Below are positions 19,319 to 29,388 of a stretch of 64,000 nt of DNA, one piece after another. Source of the DNA: Acidimicrobiia bacterium (lineage in GTDB: Bacteria; Actinomycetota; Acidimicrobiia; Spongiisociales; ZC4RG35). The stretch spans positions 160,436 through 224,435 of the forward strand of contig JBGTHP010000003.1 of NCBI GenBank assembly GCA_041746105.1. Reading direction: 5' to 3'. Positions within the stretch are counted from its first letter, which is position 1. Each line of letters starts with the position of its first letter. The notes under the pieces are model-generated. The model worked only from the letters and a program-made list of their open reading frames with translations. It was not told the origin of the DNA and searched no databases. The translations under genes were made by a program, and so were the position numbers.

Positions 19319-20413
19319 TCAGCCGCGACGGGTGATCAGGTAGGTCTCGTCGTTGAACCAGATTTCGCCATGCCGGTCGAGCGCGGCCTTGGTGGCGGCC
19401 AGGTATCGGTTCTCGTCAAGTGCGGCGGCGAGTCGGGCCTCGTCGAGTTGGGTCACATAGGCTGCCGCGTTCCAAGCCGCGAGCAGAGTTGAGGTTCCGA
19501 TGTGTTCTGCCGATTCCGATGGCATTGCATGCAACCGATATCTGAGGACTGAATCGTCGTCGTCCAGGGCGAATACCTGGAGGTCTGGATCGCCCTTCAA
19601 CTGGGAAACGGCTTCCGCTGCGATGTCGTGACGGGTGGAGGGAAACGGGTCGAACTCCGGCCACAACTCGCGCACTATCTCCTCGGCCGGATCATCGCCT
19701 CTGGCGTGCACGCCCAGCAGTCGCCCGCCGGGGGCGAGCGACGCGGCGAGAGGTGCGATGACACTTCTGACTTTGGCCGCAGCAGGCGTGCGTGCTCGAT
19801 AGGCCTGGGAGGCGATGACCAGGTCGTAACCCGAGATGGGTCGTCCCTCTCCCGGGATGACCTGGTCGACAAGGAACCGCCGGTCTTCTCGAAACAGAAC
19901 CAGGGCAGTCGGAGTGCGGTAGACGGGGTTACCCGTCGTGGCGGAGGTGTCCACTGCCCAGTCCTGCGCCAGCCCAGGAATGATCTGGCGGATTTGCTCG
20001 GCAAACTGGAAACTCGTGCCGCCCTTCAGCGCGACCTGGCGCCACACGATGTCTTCAACGTCGAGCCTGGCATTGGTAAATCGGAGATTGGTTATGACCC
20101 AGACCAATTCGGGGTGCTCGATGAATCTCTCAGGCATCCTGGAGAGCGCCTGACGCACGTCCTCGATGCTGATCTCCTTGCCCACGACCAGCCATGGGAT
20201 GTGGGGAAAGGTTTCGTGCATCTGACGCATGAGGTGGCTGAGGAGTGAGGCGTCGCCCATGCCGGCGTCGTAAACCCTGAAACCCGGTTGGCTTGGATGG
20301 AGGCTCGCAAGTTCGCGCCCGATTCTCCTGGCGGCAACGATCTTTTCGTCGGTGGTGGTGACGAACATCATGTAGGCCGCTCGCGTGTCGAAAAAACGTG
20401 GATTGGAGTTCAT
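19319..20413 (-). CDS. hypothetical protein with possible class I methyltransferase-like fold
   Basis: VYDAGMGDASLL resembles SAM motif I. LAPGGRLLGVH resembles a post-motif II/III strand. No family recognised. Confidence 0.45.
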   Translation of the reverse strand: MNSNPRFFDTRAAYMMFVTTTDEKIVAARRIGRELASLHPSQPGFRVYDAGMGDASLLSHLMRQMHETFPHIPWLVVGKEISIEDVRQALSRMPERFIEHPELVWVITNLRFTNARLDVEDIVWRQVALKGGTSFQFAEQIRQIIPGLAQDWAVDTSATTGNPVYRTPTALVLFREDRRFLVDQVIPGEGRPISGYDLVIASQAYRARTPAAAKVRSVIAPLAASLAPGGRLLGVHARGDDPAEEIVRELWPEFDPFPSTRHDIAAEAVSQLKGDPDLQVFALDDDDSVLRYRLHAMPSESAEHIGTSTLLAAWNAAAYVTQLDEARLAAALDENRYLAATKAALDRHGEIWFNDETYLITRRG

Positions 20414-20452
20414 CTCTGTTCGAGGCTATTCGTCATTGTCGAAGGAACGGTT

Positions 20453-22843
20453 TCAATGTGGTCTCTCCGGCCAGCTGTGTTTCGGGTACCTGCCCAACAT
20501 GTCTTTTCTGACTTGGTGCCAAGTACCTGTCCAAAAACCTTCGAGGTCGCTTGTGATTTGGACTGGCCTTCCAGCGGGCGATAGCAGCTGAACCTGAACC
20601 GGCTCACCGCCAACCAGTGGAGTTGATTTGGTTCCGAAGAGGGCCTGGACCTTCACCGCTATCACCGGCTGCGGCCCGGAATAGTCGACGGGTGCTCGTC
20701 TTCCAGAAGCCAGACCGATCTCAATCGGTGCCAACCGGTCGACTTCAACGATTCGAGAGCCAACCAGTTTTCTCAATGCCCGGTCGAGCAGCCGTGAATC
20801 GATGTCTGTCATCGACGTGACCTGAGAAAGGTGGGGCGCCAACCACGTTTCCAGATGATCCGATAACCAGGGTCCGCCGAGATCGGGCCAACCAGTCAGC
20901 TTTTGCCCGAGAAATCGGACCCGGTCTCGCAGATTGATCGCCGAGTCAGACCATGGCAATCCCTCAACTCCTTCACGTCGAACTCTGGCGATGATGAAAT
21001 CGGTCAAGGCAGGCGATGCGGCTGGCTTTCCGCTCGAGGTCCTCAGAACGAGCCCTCCGAGTCGATCCTCCGTGACAAGGGTGGTCCGGTCTCCATCCCA
21101 TCTGAGCTCCGTGCTCGATGTGACCTCGTCTCCAAACAGCGAAACCACCGCGGATGCTTCGATCGCCGCAGCCAGTCGGATCCGGCTGTCCTTTCGCTTT
21201 CCGTCGAGATCCACCGCGATCAAGAATTGTTCGGGGGCCAGCGAGTCCGCTGCGTCGCAGAATGCCGTCGGGCCCGATTTGATCTGAAATCGACCAGGGG
21301 ATCCTCGCCGGATCGCCAGCCGGTCGGGATACGCCATCGCCAGGAGCTCGCCCGAAAAGGCAGGATCGATCGGCTCATCAGAGATCCCCAACCTTCTGAT
21401 CAGATCCTCGGCTGTGCGGAGGACGCCCCTCACAGACCTCGAATCGGCGGCGGGGTGGCGTCCGATCCCAGTGAGAACGGCGACGCGCAGAGCTATGTCG
21501 ATCGGGAGTTCGCTCGGGGGGCCTCGCAATGGATCACGGTCCTCGACAATGGCGGAGAGAAAACATGCCAGCCGCCGGTGGTGATCGGCGCCATCCACCA
21601 TCGCGGCCAGCCGCGGGTGCAACGGTGTCGCGGCCATCCGTCGCCCTCGCTCTGTGATGTGGAGGTCTTGGTCGAGGGCGCCCAAGCGCCGAAGCAACTT
21701 CACAGCTTCTGCCAGAGTACGGGCAGGGGGCTGGTCGAGGAATCGCAACGCTTTCGGGTCCGTGACACCCCAGGCCGCCAGCTCGAGAGCGAAACCGGCA
21801 AGCTCGACCTGTGCGATCTCTGGCGCTGTTTGAAGAGGTCTTGTCCCGTGTTCCATCTTCGACCAGAGGCGATACGCGATCCCGGGTCCTGTCCTTCCGG
21901 CGCGCCCGCTTCGTTGGTCGGCGCTCGCCCGCGAGATCGCAACTGTTGTCAACCTCGTCATTTGGGTCCGTGAGTCGAACTTGGGTGTGCGAGTTTCGCC
22001 GGAGTCGACGACGGAAGTCACGCCTTCGACGGTGAGGCTCGACTCAGCGATATCGGTGGAAAGGATTACTTTCTGCTGCGTGCTCGGCCACAGGGCTCGG
22101 TCCTGTTCCTCAGGCGAGAGGCTTCCGTGGAGCCGATGGACCTCGGCCGGGATTGTCGCCAACTCTCGTTCCGTCCTCCGGATCTCAGCCATCCCTGGGA
22201 GAAAAACCAGCACGTCGCCGGTGTTGTTTTGGATGGCACGGCGGATGACGGCCGCAGTGTGCGTTTCGGCCCTGGCCGAGCGAGACCGAGGAGCCCAGAC
22301 CGTCTCGACGGGGTGCAGCCTGCCTTCGGCCCGCAGAACCGGTGCGCCACCCAGAAGCGTCGAGACCTTGTCTGCGTCGATCGTCGCCGACATCACGACG
22401 ATCCTCAGATCTGGGCGTATCGAGTCTCGAACGTCCAAAGCAAGGCCCATCCCCAGGTCTGATTGCAGGTTGCGTTCGTGGAACTCGTCGAATATCAGCG
22501 TTCCGATCCCCTCGAGGGACGGATCGCGTTGGAGTCTTCTGGTGAGGATTCCCTCCGTCACGACCTCCACCAGGGTTTCAGAACTCGTCCGTCGTTCGTC
22601 GCGCGTGACATACCCGACGCGATGGCCCACCGTCTCGCCGATCAGTGCGGCCATTCGGTTGGCCGCCGCTCGCGCCGCGATCCGGCGTGGCTCGAGCATC
22701 AGGAGCTTCGAATCGGCTCTCATGAGGTGGATCGGGACCAGGGTCGTTTTGCCGGTTCCGGGAGGAGCGATCACGACAGCGGAACCGTGCACCTCGAGGG
22801 CGGTCGACAGACCGGGGAGAAGGGACTCGACTGGAAGCTTCAT
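20453..22843 (-). CDS. hrpB: ATP-dependent RNA helicase HrpB (DEAH box)
   Basis: APPGTGKTT Walker A, DEFHERN (DEAH-type) motif, 796 aa, HrpB-type C-terminal extension. Confidence 0.85.
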   Translation of the reverse strand: MKLPVESLLPGLSTALEVHGSAVVIAPPGTGKTTLVPIHLMRADSKLLMLEPRRIAARAAANRMAALIGETVGHRVGYVTRDERRTSSETLVEVVTEGILTRRLQRDPSLEGIGTLIFDEFHERNLQSDLGMGLALDVRDSIRPDLRIVVMSATIDADKVSTLLGGAPVLRAEGRLHPVETVWAPRSRSARAETHTAAVIRRAIQNNTGDVLVFLPGMAEIRRTERELATIPAEVHRLHGSLSPEEQDRALWPSTQQKVILSTDIAESSLTVEGVTSVVDSGETRTPKFDSRTQMTRLTTVAISRASADQRSGRAGRTGPGIAYRLWSKMEHGTRPLQTAPEIAQVELAGFALELAAWGVTDPKALRFLDQPPARTLAEAVKLLRRLGALDQDLHITERGRRMAATPLHPRLAAMVDGADHHRRLACFLSAIVEDRDPLRGPPSELPIDIALRVAVLTGIGRHPAADSRSVRGVLRTAEDLIRRLGISDEPIDPAFSGELLAMAYPDRLAIRRGSPGRFQIKSGPTAFCDAADSLAPEQFLIAVDLDGKRKDSRIRLAAAIEASAVVSLFGDEVTSSTELRWDGDRTTLVTEDRLGGLVLRTSSGKPAASPALTDFIIARVRREGVEGLPWSDSAINLRDRVRFLGQKLTGWPDLGGPWLSDHLETWLAPHLSQVTSMTDIDSRLLDRALRKLVGSRIVEVDRLAPIEIGLASGRRAPVDYSGPQPVIAVKVQALFGTKSTPLVGGEPVQVQLLSPAGRPVQITSDLEGFWTGTWHQVRKDMLGRYPKHSWPERPH

Positions 22844-22865
22844 CGTTCGCAGACATTAAGGAGGC

Positions 22866-23855
22866 GTGAGCGTGGCTCGGTTCGTTCACAACCGAGATGC
22901 CAGGCGGTACCGTGATGGCGTGCTCGAAGTTTTTCGTGGTCAAATGACACTCACGGACGGCGAAACCGTTCCGGTCGAGCTCGAGGTGAGCTCTGACGTG
23001 CTCAGGATCGTCTCAAACGGAGCATCGATCGGCGCTTGGCCGATCCGCTATTGCCGGGTGTCGCCGAGAGCTACCGGAACTTTCGACATCTCGATCGACG
23101 GTGAGCTGGTTTCGTTCAACCCGACCGATCGGACCGCCTTCGCCGAAACCGCGGCGGCCCGGTTTGTGTCGTCACCGCTGTCCGATCGCATCGCAGCGGT
23201 AAAAACCCTGCCTGTCGGGAACGTCAGTGACCCGCTGCCGGCGGCCCTCGGCGAGCCCGATCCGACTCCACTCAAACTGGAGGGCCGTCGCATGCTGGTT
23301 GGCGCCGGCTTGGCGGCGGTTGTGGTGTCGCTGGTGTTCGTCGGAACACAACTGCGCCGTCCCTCCCAGCCGATAGCGGTCCCACAACCCACGATCACTG
23401 CCACCACGAGCCTGCCCGTGCCCGTCTGGTTCGAGCTCACTCCGGCCGAGTTCGCGAGTCGCTGGAATCTGAAAGCTGCAGAAATCGACGTCGAGGCAGC
23501 GCTTCCGACGTCGGTTCGGGGAGGATTTGATGTCACCATCTCGGAGTGGATCTACATCCAGGGTACTGCCGGGGAAGACGGGACGATGAATTCGGTCGTG
23601 ATCACAGTCGATCCCACGGGTCCGGTGAGCAGCGATCAGCATGCGATCTTGGTTTGGGGCCTTGCGATGACTGTTGTCGATCCAACCGGGGCTCCCGCGG
23701 AACGACGCGCGATTCTCGAAAGGCTCGGTGTCGACCTCGACGACATCCAGCTCGATGGGGTCGACAACGGCCTCGATTGGGGCCGGAACCGCTTCACCAT
23801 GCAATATCTGCCGGGTTTGTCGTCGGTTTTGTTACGGATTCAACCCGCCGGTTGA
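22866..23855 (+). CDS. uncharacterised single-pass membrane protein, paralog A of 24641..26323
   Basis: Conserved N-terminal module (LRIVSNGASIGAWPIRYCRV...ISIDGELVSFNPTD), TM MLVGAGLAAVVVSLVFVG, conserved C-terminal ~140-aa module. GTG 22872 has better spacing to the AAGGAGG SD than GTG 22866. Confidence 0.6.
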   Translation: MSVARFVHNRDARRYRDGVLEVFRGQMTLTDGETVPVELEVSSDVLRIVSNGASIGAWPIRYCRVSPRATGTFDISIDGELVSFNPTDRTAFAETAAARFVSSPLSDRIAAVKTLPVGNVSDPLPAALGEPDPTPLKLEGRRMLVGAGLAAVVVSLVFVGTQLRRPSQPIAVPQPTITATTSLPVPVWFELTPAEFASRWNLKAAEIDVEAALPTSVRGGFDVTISEWIYIQGTAGEDGTMNSVVITVDPTGPVSSDQHAILVWGLAMTVVDPTGAPAERRAILERLGVDLDDIQLDGVDNGLDWGRNRFTMQYLPGLSSVLLRIQPAG

Positions 23856-23859
23856 GTCC

Positions 23860-23920
23860 GCTCGCTCGCGATGGACTGGCATGTGCTTGCTGTTGCGAGC
23901 GAGCCCAGTTAGGGTTTTTT
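23860..23920 (+). terminator. terminator-like hairpin after paralog A
   Basis: Perfect 10-bp arms gctcgctcgc (23860-23869) and gcgagcgagc (23895-23904), with a T6 run at 23915-23920. The large loop and the distance to the T run are non-canonical. Confidence 0.35.
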
Positions 23921-23971
23921 CATCTCTGACCCCTTATGGCGGGTCAACCTTCGCGATGAATAGAGGATTTT

Positions 23972-24556
23972 GTGCGCGCGCTTGCGTCCTATCTCGTCGG
24001 TGTCTTCACCCTTACTGCCCTGGTTTCCACGGGCAGTGCCTGGCAGTTTCAGGACTCGGGGATGGTTCCGGCGGTTGTATCGGAGAGTCTGCTGGTGGCC
24101 TCGGCGGGCGACTGGTTTCGGGTCCCTCGAGAGGAGTCTCCACCGTCGCTCCTCGGCGACTGCCTTCCGCCCGCGGCCGGTTCGACCTGCTTCTCGTGGG
24201 ACTTGGTTACGCCACCACCGGAGATACTCGGACCATATGACCTGGTTCCGGAAGTGGCGAACGGGGCCGAGGACTGGCGTCCTCTCGTGGCGATGTTCTT
24301 CAAGCCAGAACACGTCGATCGGGCGATCAGGATCATTCGTTGTGAATCGCGGGGTAATCCCCTGGCCAAAAACCCGACTTCGACGGCGAGTGGGTTGTTT
24401 CAGCACCTGGGCAGTCAGTGGGGACGCCGGGCGGTCAAGGCCGGTTGGGCCGGCGCCGACGTGTTCGACCCTGTGCCAAATGTCGCTGTAGCGTCGTGGC
24501 TCGTGTACCAGGGCGGCGGATGGTCACATTGGAACGCCAGCGCTCATTGCTGGTGA
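23972..24556 (+). CDS. secreted lytic-transglycosylase-like (lysozyme-fold) protein
   Basis: Signal-like MRALASYLVGVFTLTALVSTGSA. C-terminal RCESRGNPLAKNPTSTASGLFQHLGSQW resembles the SLT/Rpf-type catalytic Glu-Ser ... GL(F/M)Q motif. Confidence 0.6.
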   Translation: MRALASYLVGVFTLTALVSTGSAWQFQDSGMVPAVVSESLLVASAGDWFRVPREESPPSLLGDCLPPAAGSTCFSWDLVTPPPEILGPYDLVPEVANGAEDWRPLVAMFFKPEHVDRAIRIIRCESRGNPLAKNPTSTASGLFQHLGSQWGRRAVKAGWAGADVFDPVPNVAVASWLVYQGGGWSHWNASAHCW

Positions 24557-24640
24557 ATCCGCGGTGAGTCGACGCCCTTCCTGCATACTTTGTTGTACAG
24601 CGAACCCTCAAGATGCCGATAGAACCCGCAGGGAACCAGC

Positions 24641-26323
24641 ATGACCAAGCTTCACAACTACCCCGGTCGCATCGAACTCGGTGACGACGAACCGCTCGAC
24701 GTTGACCTGACCGTCACGTCCGACGAGCTGCGTATTGCCTCCACGCTCGTCGATATTGGTGCGTGGCCGCTGCACCATTGTCTGATTGTTCCACTTGGCG
24801 AAGGCCGTTATTCGATTGAAGTCGACGGGGATGTCATCGAGTATTCGCCGACCGACGACGACGTGTTCTCCGCGTTCCTCGACGCAGTAGTGGCGGGTGA
24901 GGATCTCGACAGCTTGACGCCGGTCTCGACGGCAACGATGCCGGTCGACGACCTGCTCGAGCCGGACGTTGACGATGGTGACGACGACGATGGCGGAATA
25001 TATGAGATCGACCCTGGCATCGGTGACGTCGGGCTCGACGAGTCCGAGCAGTCGGTCTGGGTCGCGCCAGGCGATCCAGACGATCCTGAAGTTTCCGACG
25101 TTTCGGCCGATCGCGCTGACGAGCTCGAGGTGGAGGACGAACTGACTACTCCCTTCGCACCATCAACGGGCGAGGGCGACGGAGTCGATGAGGTCGGTGG
25201 CTCGGGGTCCTTCGACGAATTCGACGAGTCCGAAGCCGACCCGGAGGACGAGCATGGATTTGCCGACTCCACATCAGACGCAGAGGGATTCGCCTTCGCC
25301 GATGAAGGCGCGGGATGGCTGGCGAGCGGGGCAGGCGTTGCCGGAACCGGATCGTTGATTTCCCGTATCAACGAAATGAAAGCTCGCAACCGGGTAGACG
25401 GCGACCTCGACGACTACGCAGGCGCGGAGCCGGAACCGCAGCCCACATCTGGCGGATTCCTTTCAAGGCTCAGATCGGAGTCTGAACCCGACCTCGAGTC
25501 GATCTCCAATGACGTCTCGGAAGAGCAGCCGAATGGAGACACAGAGGCGCTGGCCGCCGCAGTTGAATCGCTGAAACTCCAGCCGTCGGATTACGAAGTG
25601 GATGAAGGCGGGACCGTCGCCGATGCGATCCTCGCCTCACAGAGAACCCTCCGATCCTCGTCGAGCAAGAGTTCGGATCTCCCCGATCGGCTAAAAAAAG
25701 TTGCGCTGGTCGCCGGTGTCGTCATCCTGCTGGCAGGTTTGGCACTTGGAGCGTTTGTTGTCATCAGGTTCCTCGTTTCGAGCGACCCCAATTCATCTGG
25801 CAACCCTGCAGTGTCAACCCTGGCAACAACGGCGGCGACGACTTCCCCGACGACCACGGCTCCTGCGCCGACAACAACCGCCACTCCGCTGATCCCCGTG
25901 GGGTTTGCGCTTCCTGCGCCGGAGTTTGTCCAGCGTTGGAACGAAACAGCAGAGCCGATCAACCCGCAGTTGCGCCTCTCCGCTCTGCTTCCAGGGGACT
26001 TCGATATACTGCTTACCCAATACATCTCGGTCGCCGGCACTGTGGCCGAGAACGGTGGCGTGTCGGCGATCGAACTCAGAATCGACCCGACTGGGCCTGT
26101 CGATCAGGACGTCGTCGGGATCCAGGCGCTCGGCCTGATGATCGCCGCAGTCGATCCGAATCTCACCGGAGCCGAAAGGAAAGCCCTCCTTTCGTCGATG
26201 GGTCTGAACGTGGACAACCCAGTCCTGGTTGGAGTCGACGGTGTTGCCGCCAGCAATGGTGTCCAATACTCGCTTATCTACGAGTCGGAGGCCGTATTGC
26301 TCCGTTTCAGGGCAACTGGCTGA
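24641..26323 (+). CDS. uncharacterised single-pass membrane protein, paralog B, with ~200-aa hyper-acidic linker
   Basis: Same N-terminal module (LRIASTLVDIGAWPLHHCLI...IEVDGDVIEYSPTD), D/E-rich region, TM VALVAGVVILLAGLALGAFVVI, Thr/Pro linker, and the same C-terminal module as paralog A. Confidence 0.6.
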   Translation: MTKLHNYPGRIELGDDEPLDVDLTVTSDELRIASTLVDIGAWPLHHCLIVPLGEGRYSIEVDGDVIEYSPTDDDVFSAFLDAVVAGEDLDSLTPVSTATMPVDDLLEPDVDDGDDDDGGIYEIDPGIGDVGLDESEQSVWVAPGDPDDPEVSDVSADRADELEVEDELTTPFAPSTGEGDGVDEVGGSGSFDEFDESEADPEDEHGFADSTSDAEGFAFADEGAGWLASGAGVAGTGSLISRINEMKARNRVDGDLDDYAGAEPEPQPTSGGFLSRLRSESEPDLESISNDVSEEQPNGDTEALAAAVESLKLQPSDYEVDEGGTVADAILASQRTLRSSSSKSSDLPDRLKKVALVAGVVILLAGLALGAFVVIRFLVSSDPNSSGNPAVSTLATTAATTSPTTTAPAPTTTATPLIPVGFALPAPEFVQRWNETAEPINPQLRLSALLPGDFDILLTQYISVAGTVAENGGVSAIELRIDPTGPVDQDVVGIQALGLMIAAVDPNLTGAERKALLSSMGLNVDNPVLVGVDGVAASNGVQYSLIYESEAVLLRFRATG

Positions 26324-28619
26324 TTGCCACCGTCTCGGGCCGTCCTGCAGCCAGACCGATCGAGTCTCCGCCGACCTCGATCGTCAAGTCTCCGTCCTCG
26401 GCTGTGAATGTGGCGTGACCTGCGGTGAGTTCGACCGTCAGGTGAACTCCCCGATGTTGGATTCTCAGCGTCAAACTCTTCCAGTCGTCGGGCAGCCATG
26501 GCTTGAATCGAAGCTTCGCACCGGGACCGATTCGCATTCCGCCGAAGCCAGAAACGAGGGCAAGCCAAACCCCTCCTGCGGAAGCCATGTGCACTCCGTC
26601 GGCGGCGTTGCCGGCGAGATCGGCCATGTCGATGAAAAGCGCATCCAGGAAATGTTTCAGGGCCTTGTCCGCTCGTCCTACCTCCATCCCCATGATGGCG
26701 TGCACGCACGGAGACAGTGAGGAGTCACCCGTCGTGATCGGGTCATAGAAGTCGAAGTTCCTACGTTTGGTTTCCGGATCGAATTCGTCCCAAAGCAGAA
26801 AGTTGGCGAGAAGGACATCAGCCTGTTTGAGCACCTGAAAGCGATAGATGACGAGGGGATGAAAATGGAGCAAGAGTGGGTACTTCGACAGTGGGGTGCC
26901 TTCGAAGTCCCATCGCTCGCGTTCGAGGAACCGTCCGTCCTGTGGTGTCAGACCCGATGCTCGGTCATGGGGGATCCACATCGATCTGGCTGCTTCCGCC
27001 CAGGCGGTCGCCTCTGCAGGGTCGAGGAGGAGGCGGCCGGCCAACTCTTCAAAACCAACCGGATCGTCGTGGCGGGTCTGGTCTAGCAACTCTGCTGCAT
27101 AACGCAGATTCATCCGCGCCATGGCGTTGGTGTAGGCGTTATCGTCGACGAGAGCTGTGTACTCGTCGGGTCCTGTAACTCCGTGGATGTGGAACGCGCC
27201 ATCCCGATAGAACCCAAGGTCCTCCCACATTCGCGCCGTCTCAATCGCTATTTCCACACCGAGATCTCGAACCAACTGCTCGTCGCCGGTCACTCTGGAG
27301 TAGTGGCGAATCGCATACACGATGTCGGCGTCGATGTGGTATTGGGCAGTCCCTGCCAAAAAATACGCGGACGATTCGTCGCCTGAAATGGTGCGCCACG
27401 GGTACAAGGCGCCTTTCTGCGAAAGCTCTGCCGCCCTGCGTCTGGCCTGGGGGAGCGTTGCATGGCGATATCGAATGACCTCGGCCGCCGCCGCCGGATC
27501 GGCCGATGCCAGGAAAGGCATGACGTAGATCTCGGTGTCCCAGAAATAGTGACCGTCATAGGCTTGCCCGGTCAGTCCTTTGGCCGGTATCGACCGGCGA
27601 TCGAGATGCATGGATGCCTGCCGGAGTTGGAACAGGGTCCAGCGAATCGCCCTCTGTATCTGGGGTCCGGCGTCGACTGCGATGTCCGCCGTCTTCCAGA
27701 AATGGTCAAGGACCTGGCGGTGCTCGTCAGCGAAGTGTTCGAATGGCTCGCCCGTTAGGACGTCGAGCGAGTCGGAAGCCGCTTGACGTGCCTGCGCCGG
27801 ATCGGTCGATATCTGGAATACCGCCCATTTGGCGATTACGACCGGCTGGTTCGGGGACAGTTGGATCCCAAGTGCCAACGAACCTTCTGGTGACATCTTC
27901 GCGCTGTGCGGCAAGCTGACGGAGTGGTCGACACCAATCGCGAGCGGGAGCATTGATCCGGCTGTCTGCCACGAACGGAGGATCCTGCGCTGGCCGGCTT
28001 CTGTCGAGATCGGCAGTAATGCCGGGCGAGATGAAGGCGCCGCTTTGCGCGGATCGGTGTGTTTTGGTGCGCCACGTCGTTGCCGGTCTGTGAGAGTCGA
28101 TTTGATGTCCACCCTGGCCGGTTTGTTGGTGGTGATCTCGAGCCGCATTCCGAGCGTGTCAGGGCGCGACAGGGAGACCATTCGTTCGCGTCTCACGGTC
28201 GTTTCGATGCCGCTGGGCCCGCGATAGTGGCCCTGTTCGATGAGGAGCCCCTGGCGGAAATCGAGTCGCCGCGAGTAGGAGATTGCCTCGGACGGGTAGA
28301 GCGCCACGCCGTCGATCGAAATCTCGAATTGGGTGGCGTCGGGCAGGTTGACGATGGTCTGGCCGAGGTCGGCCAGACCGTAGGCGAACTCCGGATGCAC
28401 GATGGGCCACGATTCGTAGAGGCCGTTCAGAAAGGTGCCGCGGTCCGTTTCCGAAACACATTCCGAGAACTGTCCTCGTACGCCGATGTTCCCGTTCGAC
28501 AGCGCGAATAGTGTTTCCGTCAGGCGATGGAACTCTGGTGCCCAGGCCGCTTCGATCAGAGCCCATGGGTCGTCTGGGAACAGTTCTGGTGGCAAATCGG
28601 TCCGTGTTGCCCCGATCAT
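26307..28619 (-). CDS. glycoside hydrolase family 65 phosphorylase (maltose/trehalose/kojibiose phosphorylase type)
   Basis: 770 aa. GQAYDGHYFWDTEIY motif typical of GH65. Coupled by a 4-nt overlap to the upstream beta-phosphoglucomutase gene. Confidence 0.85.
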   Translation of the reverse strand: MIGATRTDLPPELFPDDPWALIEAAWAPEFHRLTETLFALSNGNIGVRGQFSECVSETDRGTFLNGLYESWPIVHPEFAYGLADLGQTIVNLPDATQFEISIDGVALYPSEAISYSRRLDFRQGLLIEQGHYRGPSGIETTVRRERMVSLSRPDTLGMRLEITTNKPARVDIKSTLTDRQRRGAPKHTDPRKAAPSSRPALLPISTEAGQRRILRSWQTAGSMLPLAIGVDHSVSLPHSAKMSPEGSLALGIQLSPNQPVVIAKWAVFQISTDPAQARQAASDSLDVLTGEPFEHFADEHRQVLDHFWKTADIAVDAGPQIQRAIRWTLFQLRQASMHLDRRSIPAKGLTGQAYDGHYFWDTEIYVMPFLASADPAAAAEVIRYRHATLPQARRRAAELSQKGALYPWRTISGDESSAYFLAGTAQYHIDADIVYAIRHYSRVTGDEQLVRDLGVEIAIETARMWEDLGFYRDGAFHIHGVTGPDEYTALVDDNAYTNAMARMNLRYAAELLDQTRHDDPVGFEELAGRLLLDPAEATAWAEAARSMWIPHDRASGLTPQDGRFLERERWDFEGTPLSKYPLLLHFHPLVIYRFQVLKQADVLLANFLLWDEFDPETKRRNFDFYDPITTGDSSLSPCVHAIMGMEVGRADKALKHFLDALFIDMADLAGNAADGVHMASAGGVWLALVSGFGGMRIGPGAKLRFKPWLPDDWKSLTLRIQHRGVHLTVELTAGHATFTAEDGDLTIEVGGDSIGLAAGRPETVAISQLP

Positions 28620-29341
28620 CCGAGTTCGCCAACCAACTCTTCGAGATCCCCGATGACTCGATCTGCCCCAGCCGCCAGAAGTTGTCCGGCCGGAATATCT
28701 CGCGCCACTCCGACAACGAGTCCGAAGTGCCCCGCCGCGCCGGCTTCTACGCCGGCCACCGCATCCTCGACCACCACGGTGTCGGCCGGCACAAGGTTGA
28801 GCATCTTGGCCGCCGTGACAAACATCGCAGGATCGGGCTTGCCAGGCAGCTCAAGCTCGGCCGCCACGATCCCGTCGATCACCAGAGACGGGCGTCCCGT
28901 CAGACCGGCGCCGGCGAGTACTGCTCCAGCATTCGCACTGGAACTGACCACCCCCCAGGTGGTTCCACGTTCATCGAGTCGCTCGAGCAGATGTGCCGAC
29001 CCGGCGTAGGGGGCGATGCCGTCCTTCCCGATTATGTCGTTGAAGCGTTGGTTCTTCATGTTGCCGATGGCCTGGATGGTGCCGAAGCCAGGAGGGTCCG
29101 AGCCATTTCCCTCTGCGACGACAATATCGCGGGACTGAAGGAAGTTTCTGACGCCGTCGTAACGGCGTCGGCCGTCCACGTGGGCGAGGTAGTCGCTTGG
29201 CAGGAACCGGTATCCCGAGCCGATGGCCATGAGAAACGAGTCGAAGGTTTCTTTCCATGCACGGCTGTGGACGTCGGCAGTCGGAGTGAGTACGCCGTCG
29301 AGGTCGAAGAGAAAACCAGATGCATGAGCCAGTTCGAGCAT
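28616..29341 (-). CDS. pgmB: beta-phosphoglucomutase (HAD superfamily)
   Basis: HAD motifs FLFDLDGVLT, VVSSS, GKPDP, VVEDAVAGVEAG. Genomic pairing with GH65. Confidence 0.8.
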   Translation of the reverse strand: MLELAHASGFLFDLDGVLTPTADVHSRAWKETFDSFLMAIGSGYRFLPSDYLAHVDGRRRYDGVRNFLQSRDIVVAEGNGSDPPGFGTIQAIGNMKNQRFNDIIGKDGIAPYAGSAHLLERLDERGTTWGVVSSSANAGAVLAGAGLTGRPSLVIDGIVAAELELPGKPDPAMFVTAAKMLNLVPADTVVVEDAVAGVEAGAAGHFGLVVGVARDIPAGQLLAAGADRVIGDLEELVGELG

Positions 29342-29388
29342 GGAACGAGAGTAGGTCGTGCGGAGTCGGGTTTTGAGACGTTCGTAGT

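Noticed and set aside
20903-21973. 356-aa ORF antisense to hrpB
   Set aside because: Same reasoning: it lies fully within the helicase gene and has no motifs.
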